A DNA stretch of 64,000 bases, taken from contig OZ059896.1 of the NCBI GenBank assembly GCA_964057225.1, positions 20,956,001-21,020,000 on the forward strand. The letters are read 5' to 3'. Origin of the DNA: Auanema rhodensis (taxonomy: Eukaryota > Animalia > Nematoda). Of the stretch, positions 26,101 to 40,700 are shown in pieces (the stretch's first letter is position 1; each line of letters starts with the position of its first letter). The translations under genes and the position numbers were made by a program. The notes below the pieces were generated by a model that did no database searches, was not told the DNA's origin, and was given only the letters and a program-made list of their open reading frames with translations.

Positions 26101-29100
26101 TTAGTTATGATCGTTTGAAAAATGATGCATTAGTGTATGTTGAGTTTCCATGTACACTCAACATTGCTTCCAAAAACATTTTGACAAAAATTTTTTCGAA
26201 AAATTTCAAAATAATTTAGCAAAAAGTAGATGTTTTTAGATTCCTTTTTTTAAGGCAAAGACGATGGACAATGTTATTCAACGAAAAAATTAATTCTTCA
26301 GGGTGAAAATCGAGGATATAAGTGTGAACTTATATCAGTTGATATCTCGGGGCATTTTTAAGCTAGCGCAAATCTGATAACACAGATCGACGCAGCTTAA
26401 AAATCCGCATCGAATGCACTATACTACATCAAGAAACGCTTGATACAAAAATTAGTTATGATCGTTTGAAAAATGATGCATTAGTGTATGTTGAGTTTCC
26501 ATGTACACTCAACATTGCTTCCAAAAACATTTTGACAAAAATTTTTTCGAAAAATTTCAAAATAATTTAGCAAAAAGTAGATGTTTTTAGATTCCTTTTC
26601 TTAAGGCAAAGACGATGGACAATGTTATTCAACGAAAAAATTAATTCTTCAGGGTGAAAATCGAGGATATAAGTGTGAACTTATATCAGTTGATATCTCG
26701 GTGCATTTTTAAGCTAGCGCAAATCTGATAACACAGATCGACGCAGCTTAAAAATCCGCATCGAATGCACTATACTACATTGAGAAACGCTTAATACAAA
26801 AATTAGTTATGATCGTTTGAAAAATGATGCATTAGTGTATGTTGAGTTTCCATGTACACTCAACATTGCTTCCAAAAACATTTTGACAAAAATTTTTTCG
26901 AAAAATTTCAAAATAATTTAGCAAAAAGTAGATGTTTTTAGATTCCTTTTTTTAAGGCAAAGACGATGGACAATGTTATTCAACGAAAAAATTAATTCTT
27001 CAGGGTGAAAATCGAGGATATAAGTGTGAACTTATATCAGTTGATATCTCGGGGCATTTTTAAGCTAGCGCAAATCTGATAACACAGATCGACGCAGCTT
27101 AAAAATCCGCATCGAATGCACTATACTACATCAAGAAACGCTTGATACAAAAATTAGTTATGATCGTTTGAAAAATGATGCATTAGTGTATGTTGAGTTT
27201 CCATGTACACTCAACATTGCTTCCAAAAACATTTTGACAAAAATTTTTTCGAAAAATTTCAAAATAATTTAGCAAAAAGTAGATGTTTTTAGATTCCTTT
27301 TTTTAAGGCAAAGACGATGGACAATGTTATTCAACGAAAAAATTAATTCTTCAGGACGAAAATCGAGGATATAAGTGTGAACTTATATCAGTTGATATCT
27401 CGGTGCATTTTCAAGCTAGCGCAAATCTGATAACACAGATCGACGCAGCTTAAAAATCCGCATCGAATGCACTATACTACATTGAGAAACGCTTAATACA
27501 AAAATTAGTTATGATCGTTTGAAAAATGATGCATTAGTGTATGTTGAGTTTCCATGTACACTCAACATTGCTTCCAAAAACATTTTGACAAAAATTTTTT
27601 CGAAAAATTTCAAAATAATTTAGCAAAAAGTAGATGTTTTTAGATTCCATTTTTCAAGGCAAAGACGATAGACAATGTTATTCAACGAAAAAATTAATTC
27701 TTCAGGGTGAAAATCGAGGATATAAGTGTGAACTTATATCAGTTGATATCTCGGTGCATTTTTAAGCTAGCGCAAATCTGATAACACAGATCGACGCAGC
27801 TTAAAAATCCGTATCGAATGCACTATACTACATTGAGAAACGCTTGATACAAAAATTAGTTATGATCGTTTGAAAAATGATGCATTAGTGTATGTTGAGT
27901 TTCCATGTACACTCAACATTGCTTCCAAAAACATTTTGACAAAAATTTTTTCGAAAAATTTCAAAATAATTTAGCAAAAAGTAGATGTTTTTAGATTCCA
28001 TTTTTAAAGGCAAAGACGATAGACAATGTTATTCAACGAAAAAATTAATTCTTCAGGGTGAAAATCGAGGATATAAGTGTGAACTTATATCAGTTGATAT
28101 CTCGGTGCATTTTCAAGCTAGCGCAAATCTGATAACACAGATCGACGCAGCTTAAAAATCCGCATCGAATGCACTATACTACATTGAGAAACGCTTGATA
28201 CAAAAATTAGTTATGATCGTTTGAAAAATGATGCATTAGTGTATGTTGAGTTTCCATGTACACTCAACATTGCTTCCAAAAACATTTTGACAAAAATTTT
28301 TTCGAAAAATTTCAAAATAATTTAGCAAAAAGTAGATGTTTTTAGATTCCTTTTCTTAAGGCAAAGACGATGGACAATGTTATTCAACGAAAAAATTAAT
28401 TCTTCAGGGTGAAAATCGAGGATATAAGTGTGAACTTATATCAGTTGATATCTCGGTGCATTTTTAAGCTAGCGCAAATCTGATAACACAGATCGACGCA
28501 GCTTAAAAATCCGCATCGAATGCACTATACTACATCAAGAAACGCTTGATACAAAAATTAGTTATGATCGTTTGAAAAATGATGCATTAGTGTATGTTGA
28601 GTTTCCATGTACACTCAACATTGCTTCCAAAAACATTTTGACAAAAATTTTTTCGAAAAATTTCAAAATAATTTAGCAAAAAGTAGATGTTTTTAGATTC
28701 CTTTTCTTAAGGCAAAGACGATGGACAATGTTATTCAACGAAAAAATTAATTCTTCAGGGTGAAAATCGAGGATATAAGTGTGAACTTATATCAGTTGAT
28801 ATCTCGGTGCATTTTTAAGCTAGCGCAAATCTGATAACACAGATCGACGCAGCTTAAAAATCCGCATCGAATGCACTATACTACATTGAGAAACGCTTAA
28901 TACAAAAATTAGTTATGATCGTTTGAAAAATGATGCATTAGTGTATGTTGAGTTTCCATGTACACTCAACATTGCTTCCAAAAACATTTTGACAAAAATT
29001 TTTTCGAAAAATTTCAAAATAATTTAGCAAAAAGTAGATGTTTTTAGATTCCTTTTTTTAAGGCAAAGACGATGGACAATGTTATTCAACGAAAAAATTA

Positions 29101-32100
29101 ATTCTTCAGGGTGAAAATCGAGGATATAAGTGTGAACTTATATCAGTTGATATCTCGGGGCATTTTTAAGCTAGCGCAAATCTGATAACACAGATCGACG
29201 CAGCTTAAAAATCCGCATCGAATGCACTATACTACATCAAGAAACGCTTGATACAAAAATTAGTTATGATCGTTTGAAAAATGATGCATTAGTGTATGTT
29301 GAGTTTCCATGTACACTCAACATTGCTTCCAAAAACATTTTGACAAAAATTTTTTCGAAAAATTTCAAAATAATTTAGCAAAAAGTAGATGTTTTTAGAT
29401 TCCTTTTTTTAAGGCAAAGACGATGGACAATGTTATTCAACGAAAAAATTAATTCTTCAGGACGAAAATCGAGGATATAAGTGTGAACTTATATCAGTTG
29501 ATATCTCGGTGCATTTTCAAGCTAGCGCAAATCTGATAACACAGATCGACGCAGCTTAAAAATCCGCATCGAATGCACTATACTACATTGAGAAACGCTT
29601 AATACAAAAATTAGTTATGATCGTTTGAAAAATGATGCATTAGTGTATGTTGAGTTTCCATGTACACTCAACATTGCTTCCAAAAACATTTTGACAAAAA
29701 TTTTTTCGAAAAATTTCAAAATAATTTAGCAAAAAGTAGATGTTTTTAGATTCCATTTTTCAAGGCAAAGACGATAGACAATGTTATTCAACGAAAAAAT
29801 TAATTCTTCAGGGTGAAAATCGAGGATATAAGTGTGAACTTATATCAGTTGATATCTCGGTGCATTTTTAAGCTAGCGCAAATCTGATAACACAGATCGA
29901 CGCAGCTTAAAAATCCGTATCGAATGCACTATACTACATTGAGAAACGCTTGATACAAAAATTAGTTATGATCGTTTGAAAAATGATGCATTAGTGTATG
30001 TTGAGTTTCCATGTACACTCAACATTGCTTCCAAAAACATTTTGACAAAAATTTTTTCGAAAAATTTCAAAATAATTTAGCAAAAAGTAGATGTTTTTAG
30101 ATTCCATTTTTAAAGGCAAAGACGATAGACAATGTTATTCAACGAAAAAATTAATTCTTCAGGGTGAAAATCGAGGATATAAGTGTGAACTTATATCAGT
30201 TGATATCTCGGTGCATTTTCAAGCTAGCGCAAATCTGATAACACAGATCGACGCAGCTTAAAAATCCGCATCGAATGCACTATACTACATTGAGAAACGC
30301 TTGATACAAAAATTAGTTATGATCGTTTGAAAAATGATGCATTAGTGTATGTTGAGTTTCCATGTACACTCAACATTGCTTCCAAAAACATTTTGACAAA
30401 AATTTTTTCGAAAAATTTCAAAATAATTTAGCAAAAAGTAGATGTTTTTAGATTCCTTTTTTTAAGGCAAAGACGATGGACAATGTTATTCAACGAAAAA
30501 ATTAATTCTTCAGGGTGAAAATCGAGGATATAAGTGTGAACTTATATCAGTTGATATCTCGGGGCATTTTTAAGCTAGCGCAAATCTGATAACACAGATC
30601 GACGCAGCTTAAAAATCCGCATCGAATGCACTATACTACATCAAGAAACGCTTGATACAAAAATTAGTTATGATCGTTTGAAAAATGATGCATTAGTGTA
30701 TGTTGAGTTTCCATGTACACTCAACATTGCTTCCAAAAACATTTTGACAAAAATTTTTTCGAAAAATTTCAAAATAATTTAGCAAAAAGTAGATGTTTTT
30801 AGATTCCTTTTTTTAAGGCAAAGACGATGGACAATGTTATTCAACGAAAAAATTAATTCTTCAGGACGAAAATCGAGGATATAAGTGTGAACTTATATCA
30901 GTTGATATCTCGGTGCATTTTCAAGCTAGCGCAAATCTGATAACACAGATCGACGCAGCTTAAAAATCCGCATCGAATGCACTATACTACATTGAGAAAC
31001 GCTTAATACAAAAATTAGTTATGATCGTTTGAAAAATGATGCATTAGTGTATGTTGAGTTTCCATGTACACTCAACATTGCTTCCAAAAACATTTTGACA
31101 AAAATTTTTTCGAAAAATTTCAAAATAATTTAGCAAAAAGTAGATGTTTTTAGATTCCATTTTTCAAGGCAAAGACGATAGACAATGTTATTCAACGAAA
31201 AAATTAATTCTTCAGGGTGAAAATCGAGGATATAAGTGTGAACTTATATCAGTTGATATCTCGGTGCATTTTTAAGCTAGCGCAAATCTGATAACACAGA
31301 TCGACGCAGCTTAAAAATCCGTATCGAATGCACTATACTACATTGAGAAACGCTTGATACAAAAATTAGTTATGATCGTTTGAAAAATGATGCATTAGTG
31401 TATGTTGAGTTTCCATGTACACTCAACATTGCTTCCAAAAACATTTTGACAAAAATTTTTTCGAAAAATTTCAAAATAATTTAGCAAAAAGTAGATGTTT
31501 TTAGATTCCATTTTTAAAGGCAAAGACGATAGACAATGTTATTCAACGAAAAAATTAATTCTTCAGGGTGAAAATCGAGGATATAAGTGTGAACTTATAT
31601 CAGTTGATATCTCGGTGCATTTTCAAGCTAGCGCAAATCTGATAACACAGATCGACGCAGCTTAAAAATCCGCATCGAATGCACTATACTACATTGAGAA
31701 ACGCTTGATACAAAAATTAGTTATGATCGTTTGAAAAATGATGCATTAGTGTATGTTGAGTTTCCATGTACACTCAACATTGCTTCCAAAAACATTTTGA
31801 CAAAAATTTTTTCGAAAAATTTCAAAATAATTTAGCAAAAAGTAGATGTTTTTAGATTCCTTTTTTTAAGGCAAAGACGATGGATAATGTTATTCAACGA
31901 AAAAATTAATTCTTCAGGGTGAAAATCGAGGATATAAGTGTGAACTTATATCAGTTGATATCTCGGTGCATTTTTAAGCTAGCGCAAATCTGATAACACA
32001 GATCGACGCAGCTTAAAAATCTGCATCGAATGCACTATACTACATCAAGAAACGCTTGATACAAAAATTAGTTATGATCGTTTGAAAAATGATGCATTAG

Positions 32101-34748
32101 TGTATGTTGAGTTTCCATGTACACTCAACATTGCTTCCAAAAACATTTTGACAAAAATTTTTTCGAAAAATTTCAAAATAATTCAGCAAAAAGTAGATGT
32201 TTTTAGATTCCATTTTTCAAGGCAAAGACGATAGACAATGTTATTCAACGAAAAAATTAATTCTTCAGGGTGAAAATCGAGGATATAAGTGTGAACTTAT
32301 ATCAGTTGATATCTCGGTGCATTTTTAAGCTAGCGCAAATCTGATAACACAGATCGACGCAGCTTAAAAATCTGCATCGAATGCACTATACTACATTGAG
32401 AAACACTTAATACAAAAATTAGTTATGATCGTTTGAAAAATGATGCATTAGTGTATGTTGAGTTTCCATGTACACTCAACATTGCTTCCAAAAACATTTT
32501 GACAAAAATTTTTTCGAAAAATTTCAAAATAATTTAGCAAAAAGTAGATGTTTTTAGATTCCTTTTTTTAAGGCAAAGACGATGGACAATGTTATTCAAC
32601 GAAAAAATTTATTCTTCAGGACGAAAATCGAGGATATAAGTGTGAACTTATATCAGTTGATATCTCGGTGCATTTTTAAGCTAGCGCAAATCGGATAACA
32701 CAGATCGACGCAGTTTAAAAATCCGCATCGAATGCACTATACTACATTGAGAAACGCTTAATACAAAAATTAGTTATGATCGTTTGAAAAATGATGCATT
32801 AGTGTATGTTGAGTTTCCATGTACACTCAACATTGCTTCCAAAAACATTTTAACAAAAATTTTTTCGAAAAATTTCAAAATAATTTAGCAAAAAGTAGAT
32901 GTTTTTAGATTCCATTTTTCAAGGCAAAGACGATGGACAATGTTATTCAACGAAAAAATTAATTCTTCAGGGTGAAAATCGAGGATATAAGTGTGAACTT
33001 ATATCAGTTGATATCTCGGGGCATTTTTAAGCTAGCGCAAATCTGATAACACAGATCGACGCAGCTTAAAAATCCGCATCGAATGCACTATACTACATCA
33101 AGAAACGCTTGATACAAAAATTAGTTATGATCGTTTGAAAAATGATGCATTAGTGTATGTTGAGTTTCCATGTACACTCAACATTGCTTCCAAAAACATT
33201 TTGACAAAAATTTTTTCGAAAAATTTCAAAATATGTTAGCAAAAAGTAGATGTTTTTAGATTCCTTTTTTTAAGGCAAAGACGATGGACAATGTTATTCA
33301 ACGAAAAAATTAATTCTTCAGGACGAAAATCGAGGATATAAGTGTGAACTTATATCAGTTGATATCTCGGTGCATTTTTAAGCTAGCGCAAATCTGATAA
33401 CACAGATCGACGCAGCTTAAAAATCCGTATCGAATGCACTATACTACATTGAGAAACGCTTAATACAAAAATTAGTTATGATCGTTTGAAAAATGATGCA
33501 TTAGTGTATGTTGAGTTTCCATGTACACTCAACATTGCTTCCAAAAACATTTTGACAAAAATTTTTTCGAAAAATTTCAAAATAATTTAGCAAAAAGTAG
33601 ATGTTTTTAGATTCCTTTTTTTAAGGCAAAGACGATGGACAATGTTATTCAACGAAAAAATTAATTCTTCAGGGTGAAAATCGAGGATATAAGTGTGAAC
33701 TTATATCAGTTGATATCTCGGGGCATTTTTAAGCTAGCGCAAATCTGATAACACAGATCGACGCAGCTTAAAAATCCGTATCGAATGCACTATACTACAT
33801 TGAGAAACGCTTAATACAAAAATTAGTTATGATCGTTTGAAAAATGATGCATTAGTGTATGTTGAGTTTCCATGTACACTCAACATTGCTTCCAAAAACA
33901 TTTTGACAAAAATTTTTTCGAAAAATTTCAAAATAATTTAGCAAAAAGTAGATGTTTTTAGATTCCTTTTTTTAAGGCAAAGACGATGGACAATGTTATT
34001 CAACGAAAAAATTAATTCTTCAGGGTGAAAATCGAGGATATAAGTGTGAACTTATATCAGTTGATATCTCGGGGCATTTTTAAGCTAGCGCAAATCTGAT
34101 AACACAGATCGACGCAGCTTAAAAATCCGTATCGAATGCACTATACTACATTGAGAAACGCTTAATACAAAAATTAGTTATGATCGTTTGAAAAATGATG
34201 CATTAGTGTATGTTGAGTTTCCATGTACACTCAACATTGCTTCCAAAAACATTTTGACAAAAATTTTTTCGAAAAATTTCAAAATAATTTAGCAAAAAGT
34301 AGATGTTTTTAGATTCCATTTTTAAAGGCAAAGACGATAGACAATGTTATTCAACGAAAAAATTAATTCTTCAGGGTGAAAATCGAGGATATAAGTGTGA
34401 ACTTATATCAGTTGATATCTCGGTGCATTTTCAAGCTAGCGCAAATCTGATAACACAGATCGACGCAGCTTAAAAATCCGCATCGAATGCACTATACTAC
34501 ATTGAGAAACGCTTGATACAAAAATTAGTTATGATCGTTTGAAAAATGATGCATTAGTGTATGTTGAGTTTCCATGTACACTCAACATTGCTTCCAAAAA
34601 CATTTTGACAAAAATTTTTTCGAAAAATTTCAAAATAATTTAGCAAAAAGTAGATGTTTTTAGATTCCTTTTCTTAAGGCAAAGACGATGGACAATGTTA
34701 TTCAACGAAAAAATTAATTCTTCAGGGTGAAAATCGAGGATATAAGTG

Positions 34749-37700
34749 TGAACTTATATCAGTTGATATCTCGGTGCATTTTTAAGCTAGCGCAAATCTG
34801 ATAACACAGATCGACGCAGCTTAAAAATCCGCATCGAATGCACTATACTACATTGAGAAACGCTTAATACAAAAATTAGTTATGATCGTTTGAAAAATGA
34901 TGCATTAGTGTATGTTGAGTTTCCATGTACACTCAACATTGCTTCCAAAAACATTTTGACAAAAATTTTTTCGAAAAATTTCAAAATAATTTAGCAAAAA
35001 GTAGATGTTTTTAGATTCCTTTTTTTAAGGCAAAGACGATGGACAATGTTATTCAACGAAAAAATTAATTCTTCAGGGTGAAAATCGAGGATATAAGTGT
35101 GAACTTATATCAGTTGATATCTCGGGGCATTTTTAAGCTAGCGCAAATCTGATAACACAGATCGACGCAGCTTAAAAATCCGCATCGAATGCACTATACT
35201 ACATCAAGAAACGCTTGATACAAAAATTAGTTATGATCGTTTGAAAAATGATGCATTAGTGTATGTTGAGTTTCCATGTACACTCAACATTGCTTCCAAA
35301 AACATTTTGACAAAAATTTTTTCGAAAAATTTCAAAATAATTTAGCAAAAAGTAGATGTTTTTAGATTCCTTTTTTTAAGGCAAAGACGATGGACAATGT
35401 TATTCAACGAAAAAATTAATTCTTCAGGACGAAAATCGAGGATATAAGTGTGAACTTATATCAGTTGATATCTCGGTGCATTTTCAAGCTAGCGCAAATC
35501 TGATAACACAGATCGACGCAGCTTAAAAATCCGCATCGAATGCACTATACTACATTGAGAAACGCTTAATACAAAAATTAGTTATGATCGTTTGAAAAAT
35601 GATGCATTAGTGTATGTTGAGTTTCCATGTACACTCAACATTGCTTCCAAAAACATTTTGACAAAAATTTTTTCGAAAAATTTCAAAATAATTTAGCAAA
35701 AAGTAGATGTTTTTAGATTCCATTTTTCAAGGCAAAGACGATAGACAATGTTATTCAACGAAAAAATTAATTCTTCAGGGTGAAAATCGAGGATATAAGT
35801 GTGAACTTATATCAGTTGATATCTCGGTGCATTTTTAAGCTAGCGCAAATCTGATAACACAGATCGACGCAGCTTAAAAATCCGTATCGAATGCACTATA
35901 CTACATTGAGAAACGCTTGATACAAAAATTAGTTATGATCGTTTGAAAAATGATGCATTAGTGTATGTTGAGTTTCCATGTACACTCAACATTGCTTCCA
36001 AAAACATTTTGACAAAAATTTTTTCGAAAAATTTCAAAATAATTTAGCAAAAAGTAGATGTTTTTAGATTCCATTTTTAAAGGCAAAGACGATAGACAAT
36101 GTTATTCAACGAAAAAATTAATTCTTCAGGGTGAAAATCGAGGATATAAGTGTGAACTTATATCAGTTGATATCTCGGTGCATTTTCAAGCTAGCGCAAA
36201 TCTGATAACACAGATCGACGCAGCTTAAAAATCCGCATCGAATGCACTATACTACATTGAGAAACGCTTGATACAAAAATTAGTTATGATCGTTTGAAAA
36301 ATGATGCATTAGTGTATGTTGAGTTTCCATGTACACTCAACATTGCTTCCAAAAACATTTTGACAAAAATTTTTTCGAAAAATTTCAAAATAATTTAGCA
36401 AAAAGTAGATGTTTTTAGATTCCTTTTTTTAAGGCAAAGACGATGGATAATGTTATTCAACGAAAAAATTAATTCTTCAGGGTGAAAATCGAGGATATAA
36501 GTGTGAACTTATATCAGTTGATATCTCGGTGCATTTTTAAGCTAGCGCAAATCTGATAACACAGATCGACGCAGCTTAAAAATCTGCATCGAATGCACTA
36601 TACTACATCAAGAAACGCTTGATACAAAAATTAGTTATGATCGTTTGAAAAATGATGCATTAGTGTATGTTGAGTTTCCATGTACACTCAACATTGCTTC
36701 CAAAAACATTTTGACAAAAATTTTTTCGAAAAATTTCAAAATAATTCAGCAAAAAGTAGATGTTTTTAGATTCCATTTTTCAAGGCAAAGACGATAGACA
36801 ATGTTATTCAACGAAAAAATTAATTCTTCAGGGTGAAAATCGAGGATATAAGTGTGAACTTATATCAGTTGATATCTCGGTGCATTTTTAAGCTAGCGCA
36901 AATCTGATAACACAGATCGACGCAGCTTAAAAATCCGCATCGAATGCACTATACTACATTGAGAAACGCTTAATACACAAATTAGTTATGATCGTTTGAA
37001 AAATGATGCATTAGTGTATGTTGAGTTTCCATGTACACTCAACATTGCTTCCAAAAACATTTTGACAAAAATTTTTTCGAAAAATTTCAAAATAATTTAG
37101 CAAAAAGTAGATGTTTTTAGATTCCTTTTCTTAAGGCAAAGACGATGGACAATGTTATTCAACGAAAAAATTAATTCTTCAGGGTGAAAATCGAGGATAT
37201 AAGTGTGAACTTATATCAGTTGATATCTCGGTGCATTTTTAAGCTAGCGCAAATCTGATAACACAGATCGACGCAGCTTAAAAATCCGCATCGAATGCAC
37301 TATACTACATTGAGAAACGCTTAATACAAAAATTAGTTATGATCGTTTGAAAAATGATGCATTAGTGTATGTTGAGTTTCCATGTACACTCAACATTGCT
37401 TCCAAAAACATTTTGACAAAAATTTTTTCGAAAAATTTCAAAATAATTTAGCAAAAAGTAGATGTTTTTAGATTCCTTTTTTTAAGGCAAAGACGATGGA
37501 CAATGTTATTCAACGAAAAAATTAATTCTTCAGGGTGAAAATCGAGGATATAAGTGTGAACTTATATCAGTTGATATCTCGGGGCATTTTTAAGCTAGCG
37601 CAAATCTGATAACACAGATCGACGCAGCTTAAAAATCCGCATCGAATGCACTATACTACATCAAGAAACGCTTGATACAAAAATTAGTTATGATCGTTTG

Positions 37701-40700
37701 AAAAATGATGCATTAGTGTATGTTGAGTTTCCATGTACACTCAACATTGCTTCCAAAAACATTTTGACAAAAATTTTTTCGAAAAATTTCAAAATAATTT
37801 AGCAAAAAGTAGATGTTTTTAGATTCCTTTTTTTAAGGCAAAGACGATGGACAATGTTATTCAACGAAAAAATTAATTCTTCAGGACGAAAATCGAGGAT
37901 ATAAGTGTGAACTTATATCAGTTGATATCTCGGTGCATTTTCAAGCTAGCGCAAATCTGATAACACAGATCGACGCAGCTTAAAAATCCGCATCGAATGC
38001 ACTATACTACATTGAGAAACGCTTAATACAAAAATTAGTTATGATCGTTTGAAAAATGATGCATTAGTGTATGTTGAGTTTCCATGTACACTCAACATTG
38101 CTTCCAAAAACATTTTGACAAAAATTTTTTCGAAAAATTTCAAAATAATTTAGCAAAAAGTAGATGTTTATAGATTCCATTTTTCAAGGCAAAGACGATA
38201 GACAATGTTATTCAACGAAAAAATTAATTCTTCAGGGTGAAAATCGAGGATATAAGTGTGAACTTATATCAGTTGATATCTCGGTGCATTTTTAAGCTAG
38301 CGCAAATCTGATAACACAGATCGACGCAGCTTAAAAATCCGTATCGAATGCACTATACTACATTGAGAAACGCTTGATACAAAAATTAGTTATGATCGTT
38401 TGAAAAATGATGCATTAGTGTATGTTGAGTTTCCATGTACACTCAACATTGCTTCCAAAAACATTTTGACAAAAATTTTTTCGAAAAATTTCAAAATAAT
38501 TTAGCAAAAAGTAGATGTTTTTAGATTCCATTTTTAAAGGCAAAGACGATAGACAATGTTATTCAACGAAAAAATTAATTCTTCAGGGTGAAAATCGAGG
38601 ATATAAGTGTGAACTTATATCAGTTGATATCTCGGTGCATTTTCAAGCTAGCGCAAATCTGATAACACAGATCGACGCAGCTTAAAAATCCGCATCGAAT
38701 GCACTATACTACATTGAGAAACGCTTGATACAAAAATTAGTTATGATCGTTTGAAAAATGATGCATTAGTGTATGTTGAGTTTCCATGTACACTCAACAT
38801 TGCTTCCAAAAACATTTTGACAAAAATTTTTTCGAAAAATTTCAAAATAATTTAGCAAAAAGTAGATGTTTTTAGATTCCTTTTTTTAAGGCAAAGACGA
38901 TGGATAATGTTATTCAACGAAAAAATTAATTCTTCAGGGTGAAAATCGAGGATATAAGTGTGAACTTATATCAGTTGATATCTCGGTGCATTTTTAAGCT
39001 AGCGCAAATCTGATAACACAGATCGACGCAGCTTAAAAATCTGCATCGAATGCACTATACTACATCAAGAAACGCTTGATACAAAAATTAGTTATGATCG
39101 TTTGAAAAATGATGCATTAGTGTATGTTGAGTTTCCATGTACACTCAACATTGCTTCCAAAAACATTTTGACAAAAATTTTTTCGAAAAATTTCAAAATA
39201 ATTCAGCAAAAAGTAGATGTTTTTAGATTCCATTTTTCAAGGCAAAGACGATAGACAATGTTATTCAACGAAAAAATTAATTCTTCAGGGTGAAAATCGA
39301 GGATATAAGTGTGAACTTATATCAGTTGATATCTCGGTGCATTTTTAAGCTAGCGCAAATCTGATAACACAGATCGACGCAGCTTAAAAATCCGCATCGA
39401 ATGCACTATACTACATTGAGAAACGCTTAATACACAAATTAGTTATGATCGTTTGAAAAATGATGCATTAGTGTATGTTGAGTTTCCATGTACACTCAAC
39501 ATTGCTTCCAAAAACAGTTTGACAAAAATTTTTTCGAAAAATTTCAAAATAATTTAGCAAAAAGTAGATGTTTTTAGATTTCTTTTTTCAAGGCAAAGAC
39601 GATGGACAATGTTATTCAACGAAAAAATTAATTCTTCAGGGTGAAAATCGAGGATATAAGTGTGAACTTATATCAGTTGATATCTCGGTGCATTTTTAAG
39701 CTAGCGCAAATCTGATAACACAGATCGACGCAGCTTAAAAATCCGCATCGAATGCACTATACTACATTGAGAAACGCTTAATACACAAATTAGTTATGAT
39801 CGTTTGAAAAATGATGCATTAGTGTATGTTGAGTTTCCATGTACACTCAACATTGCTTCCAAAAACATTTTGACAAAAATTTTTTCGAAAAATTTCAAAA
39901 TAATTTAGCAAAAAGTAGATGTTTTTAGATTCCTTTTTTCAAGGCAAAGACGATGGACAATGTTATTCAAGGAAAAAATTAATTCTTCAGGGTGAAAATC
40001 GAGGATATAAGTGTGAACTTATATCAGTTGATATCTCGGTGCATTTTTAAGCTAGCGCAAATCTGATAACACAGATCGACGCAGCTTAAAAATCCGCATC
40101 GAATGCACTATACTACATTGAGAAACGCTTGATACAAAAATTAGTTATGATCGTTTGAAAAATGATGCATTAGTGTATGTTGAGTTTCCATGTACACTCA
40201 ACATTGCTTCCAAAAACATTTTGACAAAAATTTTTTCGAAAAATTTCAAAATAATTTAGCAAAAAGTAGATGTTTTTAGATTCCTTTTTTTAAGGCAAAG
40301 ACGATGGATAATGTTATTCAACGAAAAAATTAATTCTTCAGGGTGAAAATCGAGGATATAAGTGTGAACTTATATCAGTTGATATCTCGGTGCATTTTTA
40401 AGCTAGCGCAAATCTGATAACACAGATCGACGCAGCTTAAAAATCTGCATCGAATGCACTATACTACATCAAGAAACGCTTGATACAAAAATTAGTTATG
40501 ATCGTTTGAAAAATGATGCATTAGTGTATGTTGAGTTTCCATGTACACTCAACATTGCTTCCAAAAACATTTTGACAAAAATTTTTTCGAAAAATTTCAA
40601 AATAATTCAGCAAAAAGTAGATGTTTTTAGATTCCATTTTTCAAGGCAAAGACGATAGACAATGTTATTCAACGAAAAAATTAATTCTTCAGGGTGAAAA

